From assembly GCA_900088475.1 (NCBI GenBank), contig FLMG01001379.1, positions 28,182-92,181 of the forward strand: 64,000 nucleotides of DNA, in the 5' to 3' direction. The notes beneath the pieces were generated by a model, which made no database searches, was not told the origin of the DNA, and saw nothing but the letters and a program-made list of their open reading frames with translations. Shown piece by piece: positions 48,620 to 58,659 of this stretch. Position numbers and translations under genes: made by a program. Each line of letters opens with the position of its first letter. The stretch's first letter is position 1. Source of the stretch: Hyphochytrium catenoides (lineage: Eukaryota; Protista; Hyphochytriomycota).

Positions 48620-49950
48620 CTATCTTGCTGTCACCCCGAGAGCCCTGAGGCCATTGAACCGGCCGGCCTCTTCACCACCCTGAAGATCTTCAGTCTGATG
48701 CATGGCAAGCATCCTAATGTCCTCTCCAAGTTGGCGGGAATATAGTGCCTGTTCCATACACCGATAGGACGACGACATTAACATTGGTAAGCGAAAGGAC
48801 AGTACGCAAGGATTAGAAGAAAAGCGGTGGGGAAGCCACTCAAGCTGGCCTACCAGGAGGCCACTATCCTTGAGCTCTGCCATCAACTTGTCGTCAGTTA
48901 TGAGCAAGTTGTCCGCAGGAAGCCCAGCCTTTCGGACTGAGTTCCTAAGCAGCGTTTGCAACAGTCCTGGAGGAGATAAGAATCTGGAACCCTTCACATC
49001 CTTTTCTGACGATGGAGCAAGGAACCACGATGCCCCTCCAGTCGCTGTGACACAGGAAGGCTATGGTTAGACCAAGACCATCATCACGTAACGGTTTGAA
49101 ATGATGTGTCAAGCGTCAGACTCTTAGGTAGGTATGGGCCAGTTCAAGCTGAAGGCACGTGAGAAATAGACGATAGCGAAGAGATGAGCCGTTTCTGTTT
49201 TATCCGCAGCAAGCAACCAAATTTCAAGCGGTAGCACTATCTTAGCATTGGGAGGAAGGGCGATAAGCCTCAAGGGCCAATAGAGAACCAACCAGGGTTT
49301 CAAGAAGGTTCACCTTTAGATTTCTGAGAATAGGTCCTACTGAACGGCCTTTGCGGCGGAAATGATCGTTGCCTTGTTGCGTCACGTTCAATTGTAGCTT
49401 CCCACTTAGAACTCTCGTCCGAACTGAGGCACGATAGAGCTGACCTCCAGTCCGAGCGGATGGCATCTGCAGAGAGGGGGCTGTCCTTAAGTGACGAGAC
49501 CTTACTATGAGGCTTAAAGTGAGGTCAAAACATACTCTGACGGGCGTAGCCTGCATTGTTTCCTTGAAAAAGCTGTGACATCATAGGCATCATCTGCGAC
49601 ATCATGTCTCCCAGGTTTAGTTGTGGTCCGGGAGCAGTGGTGGGCTGTTGACGCCGGCGACGTTGAGCGAGAGGCCGCACTTCTTGCTGTCGGGCTGCTA
49701 CCTGCGACCCAGCTCCTGCGCCTTGCCCTTCTGGGGCTAATTCCTCCAGCATCTCATCAGCCAGATCATCTAGACTTAACGCCTGCGGAGGAGGATTTGC
49801 TTCCTGAGGAGCCATCGACTCATCTAAATCGTCCATCATTGACTCCAGAATGTCATCTGCTGACTGCTCGGTCGCTTCTCCGGGTTCCTTCTCGTCATCT
49901 GAGTCCAAGGACATAGAATCTAAGAGGTCCTCCGGATTGGCGGATGCCAT
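48620..49950 (-). CDS. Short BAG6-like protein (C-terminal BAG6/BAGS region only; no ubiquitin-like domain), 4 exons
   Basis: Exon 2 WRSALSCLSSDESSKWEATIERDATRQRSFPPQRPFSRTY resembles the BAG6 W...EWVPIIQQD..QR...PQPPLSDAY segment. The C-terminus LLQTLLRNSVRKAG...ELKDSGLLALYSRQLGEDIR...RFNGLR resembles BAGS. Splice phases are consistent. Confidence 0.7.
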
Positions 49951-50605
49951 CTCTACCAAGTCGTTTGACTCTTCTTCCGTGACGACCCACTAACTCTCTC
50001 AATTCAAGAAGTCCTGGGAAGACGAGATAGTGAGCTTATGTTCTGGACAGTGAGTAGACCAACGCGGCGAGTGATGTTGGGCAGACTTCTCTCTGTCACT
50101 CGCCATGCGGGCGAAGTGGGTCTGAAAGAGTCTCCGCAGTCCTCGTACAGAACCCATCACACATTTCCTTACACCAAAAAATCATCCACAGACGCCTTTT
50201 GAGCGCACGGTCAAGTGCGCTTCGAAGAGGACAAGGCTATAATCTTGCCTTCGTCGCTATGTTTAGCGCACATTTAAATTACCATTTGGTCTGGTGCGTA
50301 TTGTACTGTGTGTGAAGCTTCTTCATCACTTTGCTGACGAAGGAGAGTTCTCTAACCTGCAGCCATCGTTCCAAACTCATAAAAGCCACTGAGGATGAAG
50401 ACCCATAAGGCCCACAATCCCTGCCATGCACTGATGAGTCTTGGCAGCACTGACCTTGTCGTCACCACTAGATCTGAGCTCACGGAGGGCATCCCAGGTC
50501 TAGTCATCACAGTCTTTGGGCAGTCCACAACGTCTCAGGAGGTGTAGGTTGCGAGCGATGGCAACAACTGCATCATAGTCTCTGACTACCAGACAACCAG
50601 GAAGT

Positions 50606-51747
50606 ATGAGCCCTAAAGAAGAAGCAGCTCCCGCAGCGAAGCGCCAGAGATGTGGAGTACTGGATTCGGTAGCTGATCTGAATTCAGTGGCGCCTTCTGG
50701 TCGAAATGGAGCAGAGGCGATAGATTCAGACTCAGCAACAGGTACAAGCCAAGTTATTGCTGGATCAGGGTCAGCTTACAGGGGAAGAACTAATAAAGAT
50801 TAAACAATTGTTATCACTACCACGCAGCGGGCAAACAAGCAGCTATTGTGAGTAGCGAGAAGCCAACATCATTCTACTCTATCTTCGCTGCTAGACGCCA
50901 GAAGACCCTCTACCTCGTCCGTCACGGCCATACATCTTCAAAGGACTCTGATAGGAACATTGACGTTCCTCTTACTGTGACAGGTGACTTTTGACGCTTG
51001 GTAGAGGGTCTAGGATGAGCGCAAAGTGTTCTAAACTCCGCCTTTCAAAGGATGTGATCAAGCGCGGTTGCTTGGGCGAAACCCAATGTGGTCCTCGTGT
51101 GAACTTCTTGTTGTCAGCGACCTCTCTAGGTACCTTCGCGTTTTGCTACCAAGTCCTTCAGTTGTGAAGCTGACGAACTAGCTACTTTAATGACAGAGCT
51201 CTAGAAACCGCAGAAATTGCATTGCAAGAGCGCTTTCCATCTCCCTCAGAGCGGCCTCCTGTCCTTGTGACACATCTTCACAGAGAACAGCTCAACGTCA
51301 GTGGAGATGTTCCTCGCGATCAAAAAGTGCTTGACAAGGAGTTTGCGACGATCTTCAGCCGCTCTCTCAAAGAACTTCCCAAGGGATGCTTTCATTCTCC
51401 TCCTGCCTGCCGTAGGACAGATAGGGAAAGTACTGAAGAGCTGAAGAAGAGAGTCGGTGCATTTAGGGAGTGGATACGATCGTTGAACCAGAAGGTGTGT
51501 CCTATCTTCCTCCAATGTTACTTTAATTGGCACCCCTAGAACTCTCTACCTTCCTACTTTAGCCAAGGACGTATCGCTTACTCTTGGGCTCTTCTACCTT
51601 CTACCTTGATGTTATAGCCGAGGATGAAAGCTCACAGCATTTATTGAGTAGCAGATCATCATCATTGGGCACTCCCTCTTCTTCAAGCAGTTCTTGAGTT
51701 CAAGAAAGCTCATGAAGAATTGTGAGGTGGCCAAGTTCGTGATGTAG
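50606..51747 (+). CDS. Histidine phosphatase / phosphoglycerate mutase-like protein (multi-exon)
   Basis: KTLYLVRHGH (RHG motif), DVPLTVTGCDQA, VVSDLSRALETA, ESTEELKKRV, IIIIGHSLFF, NCEV; stop TAG at 51745-51747. Confidence 0.88.
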
Positions 51748-51768
51748 CTAATTGTCCCTTGGAGCTTA

Positions 51769-52524
51769 TCATTCGACGTCCTGAGCTTGCCGGTACTGAA
51801 GCCTGGTGTCCTTTGTGCTGGAGCTAAGGTCAAGCAAAACTGAGAGACACATCAGCTTAGGCATTGTTGCCAGCAAGCGTTCGGTCTGTAGGTCTGCGTT
51901 TGCTGTGATTAGGATTTTGTACTGAGAGGAAGGGGCAAGATAGGGAAGGGTGACGTCCATCCCATAGCTTGCATTCCCTTGCTTCATTGGACATGGTAGG
52001 CCGTGCATCTGTTACCAGGAGTGAGACGCGAAGTTTTACTTTGCCGTCAGCCATGACATCTGTAAGCGATCTTACCTGGATGGATCCAAATCCCATAGGG
52101 AGCGAGATGGACTCTTCTCCACAGCTATTTCCCTCATGAGAGAAGACTTTCCTGGATCCCATATACACCTCCAAGCTGTAGTTACCTGAGGAGATCGCAT
52201 CCTGCCAAGGCAACACGGTCATAACAAACCCTAGTCAGCTTAGTGGTCAACATCTGAAAACGCAACTAGGTTGAGATGCACCTTTAGGGTACCCTCGGCG
52301 CGAAGGGACACGGGCTCACCCTTAACTGGAGCCAAAGGATGGGCACTAATGTCAGTGAACGTTATCAAAGTTTCCTTATCTGAGCAGTCGCGGGCAGTAA
52401 TGGACGTCCTGAGGCCGTGGTGAGTGTCCATATCACCGGCGTTCCCTTGCAGATATAGCCCTTGCGCATGGTAAGGTTGAAGTTGAAGGAGCGCAGCAAA
52501 AAGTAGCACCACCACGAGCATCAT
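51769..52524 (-). CDS. Secreted/lysosomal ML-domain (NPC2/MD-2-like) lipid-binding protein, 3 exons
   Basis: Signal peptide, then DCS...ITFTDISAHPLAPVKGEPVSLRAEGTLKDAISSG...NSCG...GLPCPMKQG...VTLPYLAPSSQY...LMCL; conserved ML Cys pattern. Confidence 0.88.
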
Positions 52525-53089
52525 TCTGCAGTCTAGGAAGCGTATCCTCTATCTCTCTAATATCTCAACAAGGAAGTACGTCTGACCCACAAACAAGCCG
52601 AAATCCCTCAAAAGATTTATGGTCAAAGGACTGCTGACCCCAAGAGAACTTGACTAAGTGACCAACGTGATGGGACGGAACCAGGACCAGAAGAGAGCAT
52701 GCCACATCGACCAAGCTTCGATCTCAGCACAAGGATATGAACACGTTAGACAACAGCACAACGAAGTACAAAGGGTTACTGTAGAATAACCCACTCTTTC
52801 CCCCACTCCCGCAAAGTTCTTATTCCACCTAAAGGATTCTTTTTTTATATGACTTTCTACAGCGTGTCCTGCTAGTTCCCAGTGAACTTCAGAACACGAG
52901 GAATCAAGAGACAGAGTAGTTTTCTCTCTTCAATCATCATGGTGATGAATGATCTGAGACTTCGCTGCTCACCTGGTCATCCTATAAAGGGCACACCCGT
53001 GCGTGCTTGAGCGTATTGCCTTTGCCTCATTGCTGTTTGCAGAGCATTGCTCCTCAGAGGACCCGTGATCGCTTTGACTGGTCGTCTTC

Positions 53090-55351
53090 ATGGCATCAGC
53101 GTCAGAATCGGAGACACAAGTGACCTCTACCGATGCCAAACCTGTCTCTGTGACGTCCAGGAATGGCTACATCAATTCGATGGTGAAGTTCCTGGCATGG
53201 CTTTCCACCAATAGAAGGCATCTTTTAGAGGAAGAGTTTCTCGAGGCTGGTTCTCTCATTAAGCAGCAAGGAGAGAATGAGAACAAACAAAGGGGACGAG
53301 AAGACGAAGAGCAAACGGGGGTCGGTAACTCCTTGAGTGAAGCGACGATAAAGATTCTAATAGAAGGGCGCCCTGACTTGCCTCCAATCAAGTTTAAGAA
53401 GCTTGCTTCGCAGGACTTTAAAACATGGTTAGGCACACTTAGGAAGAAAGATGGCACAAAGCCTGGCTACTCCAGTTACCTCGGGCATCGAGCAGCCCTG
53501 GTCAACCTCTATCGCGAACACGGCAGGCTGATGTCACGGACGCTTGAGGCGGAGTTACGGAGACTCTTTAGAGGCCTAAAGAGGCAGAGAGCAGCAGGAA
53601 CAGGTGCAGCCCAGGGCAGGTGGGAAGGAGGAAAAGCTCCTCTTTCCTTCACCCTGCTGCAATTCCTAGCCAAGGAGATGCTGCAACGGAACTCTCGAGA
53701 CTTAATGTTCGCACGCACATTTCTGATCTTGTGCTGGAATTTGATGTCTCACGCAGGCAACGTCATGTCTGTGTGCTTTGAAGATATGGAGCTCTTTGAA
53801 GATGCATTGCGCATCTATTTTGTACCCATGAAGAACGATCAGTCTGGGAACCAGCCACAGGGAGACCCAAGACACATTTATGCAAACCCTGTTCTGCCAG
53901 CGATATGCCCTATGCTAGCACTTGGACTATACTGGCTGTCTTTCCACTTCTCTAACAATGAAAAAAAGCTCTTTCCGGGCAATAGTCAGGAGGATCGCCT
54001 CCGGAAGATACTTCAGAGGTTCCTTGCACAGCAAGATGTTTCAGCGGAATTGGCGAGGAGAGGGATTAGCGCCAAGGATATAGGATTTCAGTCTATAAGA
54101 AAGGGTGCGGCAGCCTTCGTGTCATCAGGATCTACTGCTTGTCCCTCATCTGCAGCCATCCACCTGAGAGCGGGCTGGAGTTTAGGAATAGTGCAAGACA
54201 CTTCTCACCGGTATGAGGCTGCGGCAGACATGCATGTGGGTCGGACAGTGTGCGGTTTGCCCTCTGACAGAGCAGAATTTTCTCTGCTGCCGCCTCGCTT
54301 TAAGGCCGATTGTAATAGGGAGATTGTCACCAAAGCCGTAGGCCTGTGCTTTCCAGCTCTGCCGTCTGAGCTAACCCTGATAGCAGAGCATGCTTTAGCA
54401 TCTGTTCTCTACCATCTCGACTTTCTTCGAAAAACTCTGCCCCCTGGCCACTATTTACTACGGACTTTGCCATTTCGTGAGGATCTTGACTTCATACAAG
54501 AAGCGCGGCAGTCAGTTGTTTGCAATCTTCCAGATCCTGCGGAAGGTCTGTATGCAACTGGCATACCACCCCATATTTCTACATTGAGGGAGTTGCGAGA
54601 GCTATCATCACGTCTGGATCGCAGCATGGAGATGCAAGCACAGTACGCCGAGGACATTGTCTCGAGAGTTGCTGATCAATTGATCAAAGAGCTTGATGCT
54701 CACGCAATTGGAGGAGGAGCTGTCACAAGTACGGGACTACGGAATACTATCATGGACTGCCTTCACGAAGTATCTGCTACTACCAGAGCCTCCGTTGCCC
54801 CTGCCCTTGCAGCGGTAGAAGAGCAGCAGGCGCCGAACGCGCGAGAAGGAAGGCATGTCTCGGGACAGGGTAATGAAGGTTATTCTATAACAGGGTCCAG
54901 GCAGGTTGAGGCTTCCACTGAAACAACAATAACAGGGAGAGCAGTGTATTGCTGGGGTGGAAGGCTCCATCCTGTACCCCAAGACTTCCAGCTTCCGACG
55001 GGAAGCGTTTCTGAAGCTTGGAGGCTATGGTGCTGTGGTGATCAAGTTAACGGCCGTCCATATCCTCCACTGAGAACAGTGCATCCGTCAGACCTGGAAT
55101 CAAGGAATTCAAGAAAGCGATTCTGTGAGTACAAGTTTTTGATGGGTCTTATAGAGGCTAAAGCAAAGGAATTGGGGCTGTGGAAGACGCAAATGACAAT
55201 TGCAGAGGCACTGTCGACATTTACAGCTTGCCAGGATGTTGTCAAAGTCTCCGAAACTTCGGAGAAGAATCGGAAGCGACGAACAAGTCAGCTATCATGG
55301 GTGACTGTCGCTACTTTGAAACGGAAAAAGGGAAAAGCGGATACTGCCTAA
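53090..55351 (+). CDS. Crypton (CryptonS-like) tyrosine-recombinase-derived protein with degenerate catalytic residues; possibly domesticated
   Basis: Intronless 753 aa ORF with EGGKAPLSF, LILCWNLMSH, KNDQSG, PRHIYANP..PAICP, LFPG, SIRKGAA...GST..PS..AI.LRAGW, RYEAAADMHVGR..CGLP, and a C-terminal WGGRLHPVP.DF.LP...AWRLW..GD domain typical of stramenopile Crypton proteins. Confidence 0.85.
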   Translation: MASASESETQVTSTDAKPVSVTSRNGYINSMVKFLAWLSTNRRHLLEEEFLEAGSLIKQQGENENKQRGREDEEQTGVGNSLSEATIKILIEGRPDLPPIKFKKLASQDFKTWLGTLRKKDGTKPGYSSYLGHRAALVNLYREHGRLMSRTLEAELRRLFRGLKRQRAAGTGAAQGRWEGGKAPLSFTLLQFLAKEMLQRNSRDLMFARTFLILCWNLMSHAGNVMSVCFEDMELFEDALRIYFVPMKNDQSGNQPQGDPRHIYANPVLPAICPMLALGLYWLSFHFSNNEKKLFPGNSQEDRLRKILQRFLAQQDVSAELARRGISAKDIGFQSIRKGAAAFVSSGSTACPSSAAIHLRAGWSLGIVQDTSHRYEAAADMHVGRTVCGLPSDRAEFSLLPPRFKADCNREIVTKAVGLCFPALPSELTLIAEHALASVLYHLDFLRKTLPPGHYLLRTLPFREDLDFIQEARQSVVCNLPDPAEGLYATGIPPHISTLRELRELSSRLDRSMEMQAQYAEDIVSRVADQLIKELDAHAIGGGAVTSTGLRNTIMDCLHEVSATTRASVAPALAAVEEQQAPNAREGRHVSGQGNEGYSITGSRQVEASTETTITGRAVYCWGGRLHPVPQDFQLPTGSVSEAWRLWCCGDQVNGRPYPPLRTVHPSDLESRNSRKRFCEYKFLMGLIEAKAKELGLWKTQMTIAEALSTFTACQDVVKVSETSEKNRKRRTSQLSWVTVATLKRKKGKADTA

Positions 55352-55962
55352 TGGCTCTGCGGTCCGCGAATGTATTTGACTTTACCTCTCGGGCATCTCT
55401 TGCATTATTTGTCTCGTGTATCTGCTTCGTCAAGAAGGCTCCTTTTCATGACTTACGACTACCGCACTATACCAATGAATGTCAAACAGCTGCTAGTCAT
55501 GATGAACCAAGCTTCCTTTAAGCCAGCCCTTTCAGTCTTACGCTTAAATCCATCATATCATATATTATTGTTATCTGCAATCGCAGCTGAAAACTGGCGG
55601 CCAAAAAGTATGCTTGAATATAATGGCTTCTCTGGATCCTTGAGCACGTTCCCCTCGTTTACAATCTGCAGAGGTTTCCATCTTCCAAGAAAGTAACACC
55701 TTTCCCTTTCACCCTATCTGCCCAGCATAACCCGGCCTAAGTTGCTCCTATCTTGCTATTCGGCGGAGTACATACGTGCTCTCAAGCAACGCGTAGACTA
55801 ATGCTTATCGGCCGCTTCCTTGCAGAACGAAAAACAAATGCTAGTTTTGCGCACCATCTCATAGGGTGTGTATGGTGCAATCCTTAAGGTCATCCTCTGG
55901 ACCTTAGGCTAACTAAATCCTTACATACAGGTCGAATGGCCACAAGATATAAATGATGGACC

Positions 55963-57815
55963 TTAGACACTGCTGACATTAGCAGTGGCTGGCTTGGGCA
56001 TTTTCTCTGCCAGAGCCTAAGAAGATATAATAACGTACCGAGACACAATGAGTGACTTTGTATACACTTTCACTAATCGACTCTCCCTACCTTGCGTTGT
56101 GCAGCTCTCCGCTTGCGCAGCCTGGCGGAGGCAGCCTTCCTTTGCTGATCCAGATACTCATAAGTGTTAATCTGCCGCCACCCTTCAACAAGTTGTCAGT
56201 CAAAAACACCGAACTCCTTCGTGCGTGGATGAAAACGTGGTACTTACACAGCATGATGTGGAAGCTTAGTAGCTGCAGAACGCTCAGCAGCACTGGAATG
56301 TTGAAGACAGATAGGATGCTCGCAAAAATGAACATGAAGCTTGGAGAGAATACGGAGACCAAAAAGCATGGGCCATCTTTGGAGCAGTCGAATGCATATT
56401 TCACTGTGAAGAGAGGTATCGACTTATCAGCGCCTATTGATCAGTTGGGAATGGACAACTTCCTCTGCAAATAAAGAACTCACGAGATCTATCCAGCCAT
56501 TCCCACTCCATAAGAGAGGACCCCAGAAGGTACATGCACATAAACACATGGATGGCGGACATCAGACAAGCGCCTAGGACGGAGGCGAAGAACCATCTGT
56601 GTGGAGGGAGAACCAGAGAGGCGAACAGTGCGGGTCAAACAAAGCTGCGTGATCACAATCAAGCCCCGCCTGCCGTTGAGTATCGTACTTTTTGGTGGGT
56701 TCGTCCGGCCAAGGGCGGCGGCCTAACTGCTCACCACGGATGGCGCTACAAAGGTTTATTGCTACCTCATACTTCTACATGATCCTCTTTATAGATGTCT
56801 CAAGAGGGTCAAGAATCAGTGTATGGGCTCTCATCGTCTCTTTTCATGACATCTTATTCACCCAAACCTCAAGCCCGCCTCAGCTCCCGTGTGATCATGC
56901 ATTACACACCTGTAGTTCTTCGACCCAACGCAGTTATTGATCGCCACACAATGATGATCATAGTCCTGCACACACTTGTTGCACCGCCTGCAGTGTTTGG
57001 AACTTCTCTTCCTGTTCAGGGGTGAGATTTGATAAATGCCCGGGGCAAAGGTTCACAGAGATTTGCGGTGATGATGGCACACGGTGAGAATGCTGCAGGA
57101 GTGTCTTTTCAAGTCAAACGGACGTACACTGCCAGACGGCACAAGTTGCAGAACATGTACTCCTGAACGTCTACTCCTTCAGGAGCTTTTGTGGGCTAAG
57201 GATCAATAGAAGAGTCAGACACATGGCCAGGTCTGAAGAGAACGGCTATAGCACTTGTCATACCAAGATATGCAGGGCCTTGCTGTCAACTGGGTCTATT
57301 GTCGTGGCTACACCCGTCACAAGGCCCACGACTATGGCAAGGATACTGTATAGCTGCCCAGTACGATAATTAGTGTCACATCTCAGCATAGGACCGAAGG
57401 GATATAAGTATCATGAACACCTACAGCGGTAAGGACAGCAGCGCCGGTGACACTCTGAGAGACTAAAAGCACTATCGGATAGAGTGTTGTCAACTGAAGA
57501 AGCCAAGCCACCCATGATAACACCTGCAGGAATGGGATTAGACTTCCTTATGTCCTCAAGAGTTCTTGGAGCTCGTGGTGCTTGTACCTGAAGGAACTCG
57601 AACGGCCAATGCCATCCATTCTTAACCACTTCCATTCTGTGACTCAGGGCATCTTCGCCTGCACCATCGGCAGGGGCAGTGATCTGAGGTCCATTTATTG
57701 CTGACTTGTTACTTGCCAAATCTTGAAGTGACCTCTTTGACCCTTCTGAGGTTTCTGCAGTGGTAACTTCAAGAGTCGAGCAGACAAGAGGCGGCTCTTC
57801 TCTTCGAGATGCCAT
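55963..57815 (-). CDS. DHHC palmitoyltransferase (ZDHHC1/11-like), multi-exon
   Basis: [12 protein letters not shown]|VLSW; [10 protein letters not shown]; [31 protein letters not shown]; LLSFHIML; INTYEYL (TTxE-like); last exon [17 protein letters not shown]. Confidence 0.92.
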
Positions 57816-58659
57816 TGCCCTCAGGTAGCTGCTGCTTGCAGCCTCCTCTTTACTGGTTATCAAACAGAAGTATCAGCAGCGTGGCAGCTAAACGCCTAGA
57901 GACCGAGCGCGGGAGGCTCTCTACAGAATGACCACCTTGAGCGGCACCGCCAGGAAAACGAAGAATGCTAGATGATCAGGGCTGAAGGGCCGGCGCCTTG
58001 TTCCTTTTCATTCTGTGAGACCGAACAGCTTTCATCTCAGGAGGGCAGTCAAGGTGAGGAGTACATCAGGGCGTCGTCCTAACCCGGATAATATGAGTCT
58101 AAAGCCAATTATTCTAATATATGACTTAAATTTATCTAGAATGCCTGAGTAAAAAGAAGAAGCTTCCTCCTCCTGCCGCTTCGTGCAGAAAGACTGTCTC
58201 ATCACAACTCTACAGAGTTCTGCCAGAGGAAGCAGACTTGAACTAGTGAGCTATCGCCATCATGATCATGGACCACCGAGCACTCATCACCACACGGTAC
58301 AGCGGGCCCTAGAGGAAAGGAGAGTCTAGGCTGCATTCAGAGCTAAGGCAAAGGCAGGAAGTGTCGATAACATCAGAGTCGATAGGAAGAAAGGATTCAT
58401 TGGTACGCTGAGATCTCTAATAGAAGGTACAAAGAGCAGGAAAAGGCCAAGAGACTCACACGACCTAGCCCTTGGACCGGGTGACTTGTTCTTTAGAAAC
58501 CCATTAGCTTTAGACTGAACCTCTACTCGGCAAGCCCTTCTCATTAGCGATTCGCTTACGGACGTACTATTTATAAAAACATTGAGGCCTGTGCTAACCC
58601 AAAGGTAGATCGACGTCACGGCAAACTATACAGGGCAAGGCACCTCTGGCTGCCTGTGC

